This document shows, in pieces, positions 19,946 through 29,216 of a stretch of 64,000 nt of DNA; position 1 is the first letter of the stretch; every line of letters starts with the position of its first letter. Under the pieces are notes generated by a model, which worked only from the letters and a program-made list of their open reading frames with translations, did not search any database and was not told the origin of the DNA. This stretch comes from Treponemataceae bacterium (GTDB lineage Bacteria > Spirochaetota > Spirochaetia > Treponematales > Rectinemataceae). The DNA lies in NCBI GenBank assembly GCA_963678065.2, contig CAXXVZ010000003.1, positions 1,024,001 through 1,088,000 on the forward strand. Direction: 5' to 3'. The translations under genes and the position numbers were made by a program.

Positions 19946-21397
19946 TCACCGCGGCAGGCGGGGCAGGCTCAGCGTGAAACAGGCTCCCCCGCCCTGCCTA
20001 TCCTCGTAGACGATATCGCCGCCCGCAGATCTCGCCACCTTTCGCGCAAGCGCAAGCCCGATTCCCGAGCCCTTCTCCCTGGTCGTGAAAAACGGCTCGA
20101 AGATCCTCTCTCTGTCTGTCTGGGGAACGCCGCCGCCGCGGTCGAGGACAGAGATTACGACGCTGGCACCTTTCAAGAGAGCGTGGATCTCCGGGGGAGG
20201 CGTGTCAGTTCCACAGTCCTCTCCCGGCCCGCTTTCTCCTGCCTCCCCGCCCGGATCGCCCGCTGCCGTCGCGGCTGTCGCGTCGAAGGCATTTGCGACG
20301 AGATTGTCGAGCGCCTGGGTCAGATGTTGAGGATCGATGCTCACCTTCGCGTTCCCCAGTTCTGCGCGCAGCGCGAGTCCGCGCTCTCCTCTTTCGCCAC
20401 TGTCGGTGCCATACCTCTCCGCGAAGGTTTCGAGCCAGGGACCGATCTCGAAGCTCCGGACCTCGCCGGAGCCGCTTTTCAGGAATTCCCTGATCCTGTC
20501 GGCGAGACCGGCGAGGCGCATCACCTCGTCCTCTATGACGAGCGCCGATTCCTTCACGCGCTCTGTACCCGTCTTCCTGAGTGTCGCCGCCTGTATCCTG
20601 ATGATGCCGAGCGGATTCTTTATCTCGTGGACGAGAGTCCGGGCGGCCTCGCCGAGCTGCACGAGTTCGCGGTTGCCGAGCTCCTTCAGCCGCAACTCCT
20701 CGTTTCGCTTGTACAGACGAAGGGTGGATGCGTAGAGCCCCGCGAGAAGAAGACTCACGAAGGCGGCGCCGGCGAAAAGAAGGCTAATTTCTCTGTCCAG
20801 CGCCCCTCGCGAGTATTCGAGCCACATGAAATGGGGTTCTTTTTCCGACAGAGGCGGAGAGACGGCACCAAAGGCCGCTGCGCCGCCAGAACCCGTGCCG
20901 GGAATACCCGGCTGCACGCCGGAGCGCATTTCGTGGCCGGAATCCCTTCTCTCCGCTCCGGGACCCATCCCAGGACCCATTCCAAGGCCTGCCCCCGGAC
21001 CCATGCCGGCGGGGCCCATGCCTCGGCCACCCTGCATCCCCAGGGGCCTGAAGAGGATCACCGAAGATTTCGATCCTGGCGCCCGGGGAAGGGTGGTATT
21101 CGGGCTCGCGAGGGAAAGGTCAACCTGGAGGGGGGCAGTGCCTCCCCTGTTGAGGGCCCTTCCTTCCAGATCGTAGAGACCGTAGCCAATGATCGAAGGA
21201 TTTTCCGGCGTGTACCCGGGATCGAGGCGGAAGGACTCCTGCACGGAGGCCGAGATTCTGAAAGCTTCATACTCGATGTCGAGCCTGCGACTCTGGACTT
21301 CCCGGGCAACCATTATCCAGAGAAGGACAAGGGCAAGGCCTATCCCGAGGGAAATGAGGGCGACAAAACGGCGATAAGGCCGCGCTGATTCGTTCAC
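19946..21397 (-). CDS. Membrane sensor histidine kinase with Gly/Met-rich periplasmic segment
   Basis: Two TM helices, HEIKNPL H-box, NLVANA, DRGGG, FEPFFTT, GSGIGL. Confidence 0.9.
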   Translation of the reverse strand: MNESARPYRRFVALISLGIGLALVLLWIMVAREVQSRRLDIEYEAFRISASVQESFRLDPGYTPENPSIIGYGLYDLEGRALNRGGTAPLQVDLSLASPNTTLPRAPGSKSSVILFRPLGMQGGRGMGPAGMGPGAGLGMGPGMGPGAERRDSGHEMRSGVQPGIPGTGSGGAAAFGAVSPPLSEKEPHFMWLEYSRGALDREISLLFAGAAFVSLLLAGLYASTLRLYKRNEELRLKELGNRELVQLGEAARTLVHEIKNPLGIIRIQAATLRKTGTERVKESALVIEDEVMRLAGLADRIREFLKSGSGEVRSFEIGPWLETFAERYGTDSGERGERGLALRAELGNAKVSIDPQHLTQALDNLVANAFDATAATAAGDPGGEAGESGPGEDCGTDTPPPEIHALLKGASVVISVLDRGGGVPQTDRERIFEPFFTTREKGSGIGLALARKVARSAGGDIVYEDRQGGGACFTLSLPRLPR

Positions 21398-21488
21398 GGT
21401 TCCATTTTATGCTTACGGGCGGCGGGCAGCAAGCCGGAAGATGTGCCGTCATTGCGCCCGAAGGCCTGATCGGTCTACAATCCTTGCG

Positions 21489-23006
21489 ATGAAGCGTTTC
21501 GTACAGGCTCTCTTCTTTCTCGCCTGCATCATGGCCCTCGGCCTCGCCATCTTCTACTTCAACCGGGCGAAAACCGAAAGCGAGGAAGCGGCCCTCCCTG
21601 TCACGGGAAGGACCGTCACCCTGGAGTCCTCGCCGGGACAGGCGGCAGGACAGGGCGAGACGGGAGAAGAGAGGGTCATCAACCGTATAGCCGCCAGGCC
21701 CGAAGAGCTCGTCCTCGATGTCACCGACGCGAATCTCGACGACGATGACGGAGACGAGCAGATCATGACCGTCCGGGACAAGAACGATCCCGAAGGCGGG
21801 ATCGGCGTGGTCGTGGCCGACTACATCCCGGCACGGAAGAGCTGGGTGCGCGCATTCGAAGGCAAGACGCCGATCACCAAGCCGACCACCTTCACCCTGC
21901 GGGTCGCTGACCTCGCCGGCGACAGGTCACTCATGATCGTCTGCTCGGGACTGGACCGGAACAACAGACAGAACCTTGTCGCCTTCCGCAGAATCAAGAA
22001 TTCTTCCCCCCTCGAATACGCACTCGCCTGCTCGGTGGGCGGGGATTCGGTCGAAATCGACGAACGGGATCGACCCGAGTCCTATCAATTGGGAAAAACC
22101 GACGCGGCGCCCTGGGATATCTTCTCCTACACGAGGGACCTCGGTTCGACGAACATACTCGACCGGATCAAGACGACCTGGAGATGGGACAGAGCGAAGG
22201 CGCGCTTTGTCAGCCAGGCCACCGAAAAAGTCCCCGGAGCGGCCGCGGAGAGGGAAGCCCTCCAGAAGATCCTGACAGGCTCCGCGGGCGATTTCGAAAC
22301 ATACATGCAGGGACTGTGGTACCGGGAAGATGGCGGGACCTTCGGGGAAAATGCGAGGTTCATCTATTTCGACGCGAAAGGAAAGTCGGTGACCTTCAAG
22401 TCTCAGGCAGGCCAGGAGGCATACTCCTGGCTGGACTCCAACGCGACGAGCTCCGGCATCTTCACGGTTCTCGAGAATGAATCCGTCCGCGACCTCAGGA
22501 GGTTCGCAGGGGTCGATCTCATCGCGAGAGACAGGCTGCGGGTGCGCATCGACGACGAGAGATCGATGCAGATCATCCCGGACAACGGATACTCAGGCAG
22601 CTACAGGAGACTCGTACAGAGTTCCGCCAGAAGCCTCCTGCAGGCCGATTCCTCCTCCCTGGCGCAGGCAGTCCCTGACCTGACAGGCTCTTTCCGGTCG
22701 GCTTCGGGCAGGACGATCATATTCTCGGGGCAGGAGTTCGTGTCGGGAGACCCTTCCCGGCGGGCGCATGAAACGGGTGGATTCAGGTTGTACCGTCTGG
22801 ACAGCGACCTCGTACTCGACCTGGCCCCCGTAGGGAAGGATGGGCTTCCTGCCGGACGGAGGCTGTACAAGGCCGATTTCACCCTCTCGCAGACAGGCAA
22901 GGGCACGACGAAAACGCTGTTCCTCATGCCCGCCGTCATGGGAATGGACGGACTCAGGGTGCTCGAAGAGCGGAAGGAGCGCTATTCTACGGGATACGAC
23001 TCGTAG
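21489..23006 (+). CDS. Exported protein, possibly pallilysin-related adhesin family
   Basis: N-terminal anchor, DANLDDDDGDEQI motif, beta-rich, QGLWY motif, near miaB as in treponemes; family assigned from recollection only. Confidence 0.45.
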   Translation: MKRFVQALFFLACIMALGLAIFYFNRAKTESEEAALPVTGRTVTLESSPGQAAGQGETGEERVINRIAARPEELVLDVTDANLDDDDGDEQIMTVRDKNDPEGGIGVVVADYIPARKSWVRAFEGKTPITKPTTFTLRVADLAGDRSLMIVCSGLDRNNRQNLVAFRRIKNSSPLEYALACSVGGDSVEIDERDRPESYQLGKTDAAPWDIFSYTRDLGSTNILDRIKTTWRWDRAKARFVSQATEKVPGAAAEREALQKILTGSAGDFETYMQGLWYREDGGTFGENARFIYFDAKGKSVTFKSQAGQEAYSWLDSNATSSGIFTVLENESVRDLRRFAGVDLIARDRLRVRIDDERSMQIIPDNGYSGSYRRLVQSSARSLLQADSSSLAQAVPDLTGSFRSASGRTIIFSGQEFVSGDPSRRAHETGGFRLYRLDSDLVLDLAPVGKDGLPAGRRLYKADFTLSQTGKGTTKTLFLMPAVMGMDGLRVLEERKERYSTGYDS

Positions 23007-24415
23007 CCCAGCTCTTTCAGGCGGATCTGTGTCGCCTGAAGGTTGGAGACAGGACTCCCTCCGGAGCCCGCCCCCTGCGATGAGGGGCTTCCCGTTGCGG
23101 ATTCGGGGAATGCCTGAACATCGACCGTGACAGCCCAGCGCGGCAAGCCGCCCGCTTCCGGCCGCGCTTCGACGTAGGCGCTGAAGCCTTTCGAGGCGAG
23201 TTCCTGGCGGAAGGCTTTTGCGTTTTCCTCCCGGGAGAAATAGCCTACCTGGAGCCGGTCGGTGACTCGCCCGTCCTTGGCGGGAAGCTGGGCGGCCGCG
23301 GCGCTCCCCGTGCCCGTAGTCTTCGCTACGTCGGCGGGCATCCTTTCCGGCGCGGGCGCCTGCAGTGAAGCGGAAAGGACGCCGAGGAGCCAGTGTGCGA
23401 GGGGAGGATTCTTCACATTTCCCCGGACGATTCCCGCTTCGGGGCTGTCGGGATACTCGGACCTGAGCATGCCCGCGGCATCGCTTCGCTCCTTTGCGGA
23501 TGCGGAATTCCACAGGATGAAAAGAGCCTCGCGCCTCTCTGCCGAGCCTTTCGCGGCGCCGCGCGCCGGATCGTTGATGATGGGGCGAACGAGATCGGCA
23601 CAGCGGGGGCTTTCCCCTTCCACGAGCCAGGACCACGCTTCCACAATGTCCGCCCTGATCCGCGCCGGCTTGAGGAGGGCGGGATCGGGCAGGGAATCGG
23701 GTTTGGGCGCCGGGGAAGGTTTCGGGGTTGTTCCGGACTTGGCGGCGCCCGACGCGCCTGTCTGGCCCTTTGGCGCCGTCGGCTTGGCCGGTGAGGCCTG
23801 CGCGCCCTTCGCGGCGGGCAGACCTGCGCCGGCAAGTTTCGCGGCAGTCTCGGCCCGGGATCGGGATTCGGCGGCGAGCTCTCGGGCCCGGGGCGTATCG
23901 CCCGACGCGACCCTGCAGCGCGCGGCGCGAAGCAGGAGCGCCTGGTCTTTTTCGCCGCTGCCCTCTCCTGCCGCCGATTCGAAGTGGAGCGCGGCCTCCC
24001 CGAACCTGCCGAGCAGGAGAGAAAGAGAGGCGGCCTTGGTCCAGAGGGCCTGGCGGGAAGCCGAGGGTGCGCGGCCGGCGAACTCGGCGAGAAGTGCAAG
24101 ACCTTCAGAGGGACTTAAGCCGGCCGCAAGCTGCTCGAGACGGGCCGCGAAGGCCCTGCCCGCCTCCATGCCTGCGAGTTCCTTGCGCGCCGAGGCCAGG
24201 GTCGGGACCTGAGGCTGGGGCTGGGCGACAGGGATTGTGGTCTGGCCCTTTTTTGCCGTCTTTCCCGAAGTCTGCGCGGCGAATAACCCGCGGGAGGAGC
24301 CACCCGCGGGAAGCAGGATGAGGGAAATACAGAGCGAAACGAGTCCCGCCTTGAAAAGAGGCGTACCTATCCCCGGCCGGACCCGGCTTGCGGAACTCCG
24401 GGACTCAAGCCCCAT
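22982..24415 (-). CDS. TPR-like/SPOR domain protein
   Basis: Ala-rich helical repeats, YPDSPE, C-terminal LQVGYFSREENA SPOR motif; start uncertain. Confidence 0.75.
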   Translation of the reverse strand: MGLESRSSASRVRPGIGTPLFKAGLVSLCISLILLPAGGSSRGLFAAQTSGKTAKKGQTTIPVAQPQPQVPTLASARKELAGMEAGRAFAARLEQLAAGLSPSEGLALLAEFAGRAPSASRQALWTKAASLSLLLGRFGEAALHFESAAGEGSGEKDQALLLRAARCRVASGDTPRARELAAESRSRAETAAKLAGAGLPAAKGAQASPAKPTAPKGQTGASGAAKSGTTPKPSPAPKPDSLPDPALLKPARIRADIVEAWSWLVEGESPRCADLVRPIINDPARGAAKGSAERREALFILWNSASAKERSDAAGMLRSEYPDSPEAGIVRGNVKNPPLAHWLLGVLSASLQAPAPERMPADVAKTTGTGSAAAAQLPAKDGRVTDRLQVGYFSREENAKAFRQELASKGFSAYVEARPEAGGLPRWAVTVDVQAFPESATGSPSSQGAGSGGSPVSNLQATQIRLKELGYESYPVE

Positions 24416-25733
24416 CGATCTCCTCCGCCCGGAACGTGTTCCCGGAAAGGGAAATCAACCTGACACGGGCGAAGGACCCGATCCTCGATGAAGCGGCGGG
24501 AAAGACGACCATCTCGTCGCGCTGGGTCCTCGCGAGGACTTCATTCTTCTTCCGTTTGGAAACAGCCTCGACGAGAACCTCGTCCGCCTGACCGAGCCGC
24601 GACCGCATAAGCTCGCCGGTCATCTCCTTCTGGAGAAAGATGACCCTGGAGAGTCTCTCTTTTTTGACTTTATCCGGCACGCGGTTTTCCATCTTCGCCG
24701 CAGGAGTACCCTCGCGTGGATTGAAGTGGTACATGTAGGAGTAGACATACCCGACCCGCCGCATGAGATCGAGGGTGGCATCGACATCATCCTCGGTCTC
24801 CCCGGGGAAGCCGACGAGGATGTCGGTGGAGAGGGAGAGGCCGGGGATTCTCGCCTTCATGTCCGCCACGAGGTCGAGGTATCGCTCGCGCGTATATTTC
24901 CGGTTCATGACCGAGAGCACGGCGTCGGAACCCGACTGGACGCAGAGGTGGATGTGGCGGCAGAACAGGGGCTCTTCGGCCATGACGGATATCACTTCCG
25001 GCGAAAGGTCTTTCGGATGGCTCGTGAGGAACCGTATCCACCGGATGCCGCCGGCGCCGCGGGAGCGCAGGTGAGAGGCTATCCTCCGCATGAGGGCGGG
25101 GAAGTCGACGACAGAGCCGTTCTCGCAGTGCCGGTAGGAGTTGACATTCTGCCCGAGGAGGGTGACTTCCCGCACTCCCGAATTCTCGAGGGAATCCAGT
25201 TCGGCGAGTATGCTCCCGGGATCGCGCGAGGTTTCCCTGCCTCTGAGGTAGGGGACGATGCAGTACGAACAGAAGTTATCGCAGCCGTGCATGATGGGCA
25301 CGAAGGCGCGGAAAGCTCCCGGATCGTGATGGGAGGACGAGAAGACGAAGGAGGGGCTCTCCTCGAGCACCTCGAGCTTCCTGCCCTGCGCCACGGCGTC
25401 GAGGATGAGACCGAAGGACTGTTTCTGAAAGGTGCCGACGACATAGTCGATGGCCTTCTGCCTGTCTTCCAGAGACTTGCGCATGCGCTCGGCCATGCAT
25501 CCCGTCACGACGAGGGTCATCTTCCTCTGCCGTTTGAGGGCGGCGAAGTGGTCGATCCGCCCCCAGGCGCGCGTTTCAGCCGTCGCGCGCACGGAGCAGG
25601 TGTTGATGAGGACGAGGTCGGCTTCCTCAGGCAGGGCGGCTGTTGTCCAGCCGCGTTCACGGAATATCGTTTCCAGGGCGGATGACTCCGCCTTGTTCAT
25701 CTGGCAACCGTATGTCTCGATACAGTAGGTCAT
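24405..25733 (-). CDS. miaB: tRNA-2-methylthio-N6-dimethylallyladenosine synthase
   Basis: TYGCQMN, NTCSVR, GCMAER, GCDNFCSYC, GQNVNSY, TRAM domain. Confidence 0.95.
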   Translation of the reverse strand: MTYCIETYGCQMNKAESSALETIFRERGWTTAALPEEADLVLINTCSVRATAETRAWGRIDHFAALKRQRKMTLVVTGCMAERMRKSLEDRQKAIDYVVGTFQKQSFGLILDAVAQGRKLEVLEESPSFVFSSSHHDPGAFRAFVPIMHGCDNFCSYCIVPYLRGRETSRDPGSILAELDSLENSGVREVTLLGQNVNSYRHCENGSVVDFPALMRRIASHLRSRGAGGIRWIRFLTSHPKDLSPEVISVMAEEPLFCRHIHLCVQSGSDAVLSVMNRKYTRERYLDLVADMKARIPGLSLSTDILVGFPGETEDDVDATLDLMRRVGYVYSYMYHFNPREGTPAAKMENRVPDKVKKERLSRVIFLQKEMTGELMRSRLGQADEVLVEAVSKRKKNEVLARTQRDEMVVFPAASSRIGSFARVRLISLSGNTFRAEEIDGA

Positions 25734-26089
25734 TTGGCCCGCTTGCGTATTCCGGTTGCGAATTTGATGATATTCCAGACCCCGAAGAGGAAGAGGCCGA
25801 ATCCGCCCGCTCCGAGGAGGGAGCGGGTTACATGGGGCAATAGAAGGCTGGCGATTCCGGCGCCGCCCGCGACCAGGGCGATGGTGCCCGAAACCTTGTC
25901 GGTCTTGGTCTTGCCGAAGACCCCTGTCGCTCCGAGGACGACGAGTCCGGCCGAGATGACCCAACCCAGAACGGGAATTCCGAGGAGGGCGTTGATGCCC
26001 ATGAGTCCGAGGCCCGCTCCGGCCGACATCACACCCTTGGTGCCTCTCGCGCTCAGATCGGTCGACTCTACAGGATAATTGTCTGACAT
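25730..26089 (-). CDS. Small Gly-rich membrane protein, hypothetical
   Basis: 3-4 hydrophobic segments, RBS, ATGA overlap with miaB. Confidence 0.75.
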   Translation of the reverse strand: MSDNYPVESTDLSARGTKGVMSAGAGLGLMGINALLGIPVLGWVISAGLVVLGATGVFGKTKTDKVSGTIALVAGGAGIASLLLPHVTRSLLGAGGFGLFLFGVWNIIKFATGIRKRAK

Positions 26090-26177
26090 GCTCCGTACCT
26101 CTCAACTTCGATGCTGGAATTTACCACGAACAGGGCACGCGGAAAAAATCTGCTGCCCTCACTAATAATATCGCAAA

Positions 26178-26945
26178 TCAGGGGCATTCGACGTAAGCGT
26201 AGGCCGAATGATTGTGGATACTTTCGAAATTTTCCGCCTCTACGGAGAAGCGCGGGAATTTGCCCAGCGCATCCACAGCGCGGTATATCTCCCTGACGAG
26301 GTCCTCGACGAAGCGGGGGCTGTCGTAGGCCTTTTCGGTGACGAACTTCTCGTCCTCGCGCTTGAGGAGGGTGTAGAGCCCGCTCGAGGCCGAAGCCTCC
26401 ACGATGGCGACCATGTCCTCGATCCAGAAGAAGGGGCCCAGGGCGAGGGTCAGCGTCACGACGCCTCTCTGGTTGTGGGCGCCGTAATTGGAGATGGCCT
26501 TGGAGCAGGGGCATACGGTCTGCACGGGCACAGAGACAGCGACATCGAACTCGTGGCCGGAAGGCCCGACCTTTCCGATGTACTTGCAGTCGTAGCTCAT
26601 CATGGAACTCTGGCCCGAGACCGGGGCGGTCTTCTCGATGAAGTACGGGAAGCGAAGCTCGGCGTAGGCTGTCTCCGCCTTGAGATTCGTCCGGAGCTCG
26701 CCGAGCATCTCCAGAAATCGCGGCATCGAGAGGTCGAGTCTGTGGCTCTCGAAGACCTCGATGAAGCGGCTCATGTGAGTGCCCTTGAACTCATGGGGAA
26801 GGTCGACAAAGAGGTCGACAGTGGCCGTCGTGTGCTGCTGGCCGCGCGCCTTGTCGCGCAGGGTCACGGGGTAGCGCAGGCCCTTGATTCCGACTTTCTG
26901 GATGGGAATTCGCCTGTCGTCCCTCATGGACTGGATATCCACCAT
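26178..26945 (-). CDS. folE2: GTP cyclohydrolase IB
   Basis: KGTHMSRF, CPCSK, GAHNQR, KREDE, FVED, ESIHNH. Confidence 0.95.
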   Translation of the reverse strand: MVDIQSMRDDRRIPIQKVGIKGLRYPVTLRDKARGQQHTTATVDLFVDLPHEFKGTHMSRFIEVFESHRLDLSMPRFLEMLGELRTNLKAETAYAELRFPYFIEKTAPVSGQSSMMSYDCKYIGKVGPSGHEFDVAVSVPVQTVCPCSKAISNYGAHNQRGVVTLTLALGPFFWIEDMVAIVEASASSGLYTLLKREDEKFVTEKAYDSPRFVEDLVREIYRAVDALGKFPRFSVEAENFESIHNHSAYAYVECP

Positions 26946-27832
26946 CAGGAGGCTGACCTTGCGGTCGACCGCGCCGCGGCCTCCACCGTGTTGGCGAGGA
27001 GCATGGTGATGGTCATGGGACCGACTCCGCCCGGAACAGGGGTTATCCAGCCGGCGACGGCCGCGGCGGATTCGTAGTCGACATCGCCTTTGAGCCGGTA
27101 TCCCTTGGAGGAGGAAGAATCCTCCACCCTGTTGACTCCGACGTCGATGACGCAGGCCCCGGGCCTGATCATGTCGCCCGTCACGAGGCCGGCGCGGCCG
27201 GCGCAGGCGATGAGGATATCGGCTTCGCGGCAGTGTCCGGCGAGATCCTTCGTGCCCGTGTGGCAGACGGTTACGGTCGCGTTGATCGAGCGGCGGACGA
27301 GAAGGTTCATGAGGGGCTTGCCGACGATGTTGGATCTTCCCACGACGACTGCCCGCGCACCCTCGGTCTTTACGCCCGAACGCCTGATGAGCTCGATCAC
27401 GCCTGCGGGCGTGCAGGGCAGGTAGCAGGGTTCGTCGAGGACCATGCGCCCCACGTTGATGGGCGTGAAGCCATCCACGTCCTTTTCGGGGGCGATGGCG
27501 GCGATGACAGCGCGCTCGTCGATGTGCTTCGGGACGGGAAGCTGGACGAGAATGCCGTGGACGGCCGGATCGGCGTTGAATGCCCGGACGACGGCGAGAA
27601 GCTCATCCTGGCTGGTGCTTGCAGGAAGGCGCCGCTCGAAGCTCGCGAGGCCGTTCTCCGCGCAGGCCTTCTCTTTGGCCGTGACATAGGAAACCGAGGC
27701 GGGATCTTCGCCGACGAGGACGACGGCAAGACCGGGCACGATGCCCCGCGCGGTCAGCGAGGCGACCTTTTCCTTAATCTCCGCGCGGATATCGCGCGCA
27801 ACAGCTTTTCCGTCGATTATGGTGGCACTCAT
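26945..27832 (-). CDS. folD: Methylenetetrahydrofolate dehydrogenase/cyclohydrolase
   Basis: IIDGK, GILVQLP, KDVDGF, PCTP, GRSNIVGKP, PVPGGVGPMT. Confidence 0.95.
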   Translation of the reverse strand: MSATIIDGKAVARDIRAEIKEKVASLTARGIVPGLAVVLVGEDPASVSYVTAKEKACAENGLASFERRLPASTSQDELLAVVRAFNADPAVHGILVQLPVPKHIDERAVIAAIAPEKDVDGFTPINVGRMVLDEPCYLPCTPAGVIELIRRSGVKTEGARAVVVGRSNIVGKPLMNLLVRRSINATVTVCHTGTKDLAGHCREADILIACAGRAGLVTGDMIRPGACVIDVGVNRVEDSSSSKGYRLKGDVDYESAAAVAGWITPVPGGVGPMTITMLLANTVEAAARSTARSAS

Positions 27833-27838
27833 ACCCAT

Positions 27839-27890
27839 ACTATACGGAGAGCTCCGCCGATTGACAAGAGAAGGAGGGGCTTCGGATAAT
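27839..27890. promoter_or_regulatory. Back-to-back divergent sigma70 promoters with overlapping -35 elements
   Basis: + strand TTGACA(27861)-18-GATAAT(27885); - strand TTGTCA(27867)-17-TATAGT(27844). Confidence 0.7.
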
Positions 27891-27896
27891 ATCATT

Positions 27897-29204
27897 ATGA
27901 TACACGACATGCCTGTTTTCCCGACGCCGGCGAACGCGGCGCGGCTCTCCGCGCTCTCGATTTATCAGGTATTCATCCGCAACTTTACCCCGGAAGGAAA
28001 CTTCGCCGCCGCCATCCCCTTCCTCGGCGGAATCAGGGAGCTCGGTTTCGACTATGTCTACCTGACACCGGTCCACCCAGTAGGGAAAGTCGCGCGCAAG
28101 GGGCAGGCGGGGAGCCCCTACGCCATCAGCGACTATCGGGCGGTGGACCCTCTTCTCGGGGGAGAGAAAGGATTCAGGGCCTTCCTCGACGCAACCCACG
28201 GCCACGGCCTCGGCGTCATCATCGATGTGGTTTACAACCACACTTCCCCCGATTCCGTCCTGGCGAAATACCACCCCGGGTGGTTTTACCGGGACGCCGC
28301 GGGAGCGCCGACGCCGCGTGTGGCCGAGTGGTCAGACGTCGTCGATCTGGACTACTCCGTGCCGGACTTGCGCGAATACCAGATCGAAACCCTCGAAAAC
28401 TGGGTGCGCTTCGGTGTCGACGGATTCCGCTGCGATGTCGCGAGCCTCGTGCCCGCTCCCTTCTGGGTCGAGGCGCGCGGGCGCGTTTCGGCCATCAGGC
28501 CCGTGCTCTGGCTCGCCGAAAGCGTGCATAAGGAATTCGTCGTCGATTTGCGTAGAAAAGGGATACCCGTCTGGTCCGATCCGGAACTCCACCAGGCATT
28601 CGACCTTAGCTACGATTATGACGGCAGAGAAGATATCGAGTCGGCCTGGAGGGGCTCTGCTCCCCTTTCGAACTATCTCCGCCACCTCATCGTCCAGGAA
28701 GCTCTCTATCCCGAGAGCGCCTGCAAGCTGCGTTTTCTCGAGAATCACGACCAGGAGAGAGCCGCCCACCGCTTCGGGACAGGCGATGCCCTGCGGAACT
28801 GGACGGCCTTCGCCATGCTCCTTCCGGGAACTTTCATGGCCTACATGGGCCAGGAAATCGCCCTCGCGGCGCGGCCTTCCCTCTTCGATCCCGATCCGAT
28901 CGACAGGGCCGCAGGCTCGACGGAGTTCAGGAAATTCTTCGCCTCCTGGCATGGCTTCACGAAAAGCCTGAAAGCGCGCGCTCCCCTGTGCGACATGGAA
29001 GAGATCGCGGCCGGGCTCGTCCTCGTGAGATGTTCGGCGCGGGGAGGAAAAACGCTCGCCGTCGCCATACTCAACCTGGACGGACGCTCCGGCACAGTCA
29101 AACTGCCTTCTTCGTGGGAAGGGAAGGATCCCTTCACCGGCCGCACCGTGAAGGCGGGTCAGAAGTTCGAACTCAGGAGGGAACCCTTCGCGATCGAACT
29201 TTAG
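27897..29204 (+). CDS. GH13 alpha-amylase family glycosidase
   Basis: GSPYAISDY, DVVYNH, DGFRCDVA, LAE, ENHD catalytic regions; no signal peptide. Confidence 0.9.
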   Translation: MIHDMPVFPTPANAARLSALSIYQVFIRNFTPEGNFAAAIPFLGGIRELGFDYVYLTPVHPVGKVARKGQAGSPYAISDYRAVDPLLGGEKGFRAFLDATHGHGLGVIIDVVYNHTSPDSVLAKYHPGWFYRDAAGAPTPRVAEWSDVVDLDYSVPDLREYQIETLENWVRFGVDGFRCDVASLVPAPFWVEARGRVSAIRPVLWLAESVHKEFVVDLRRKGIPVWSDPELHQAFDLSYDYDGREDIESAWRGSAPLSNYLRHLIVQEALYPESACKLRFLENHDQERAAHRFGTGDALRNWTAFAMLLPGTFMAYMGQEIALAARPSLFDPDPIDRAAGSTEFRKFFASWHGFTKSLKARAPLCDMEEIAAGLVLVRCSARGGKTLAVAILNLDGRSGTVKLPSSWEGKDPFTGRTVKAGQKFELRREPFAIEL

Positions 29205-29216
29205 AGGCATGGGGTT

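Noticed and set aside
715..26945. Zinc-starvation regulon (ZIP, folE2, queD)
   Set aside because: The genes are dispersed, no Zur-like box was seen, and QueD has the canonical motif
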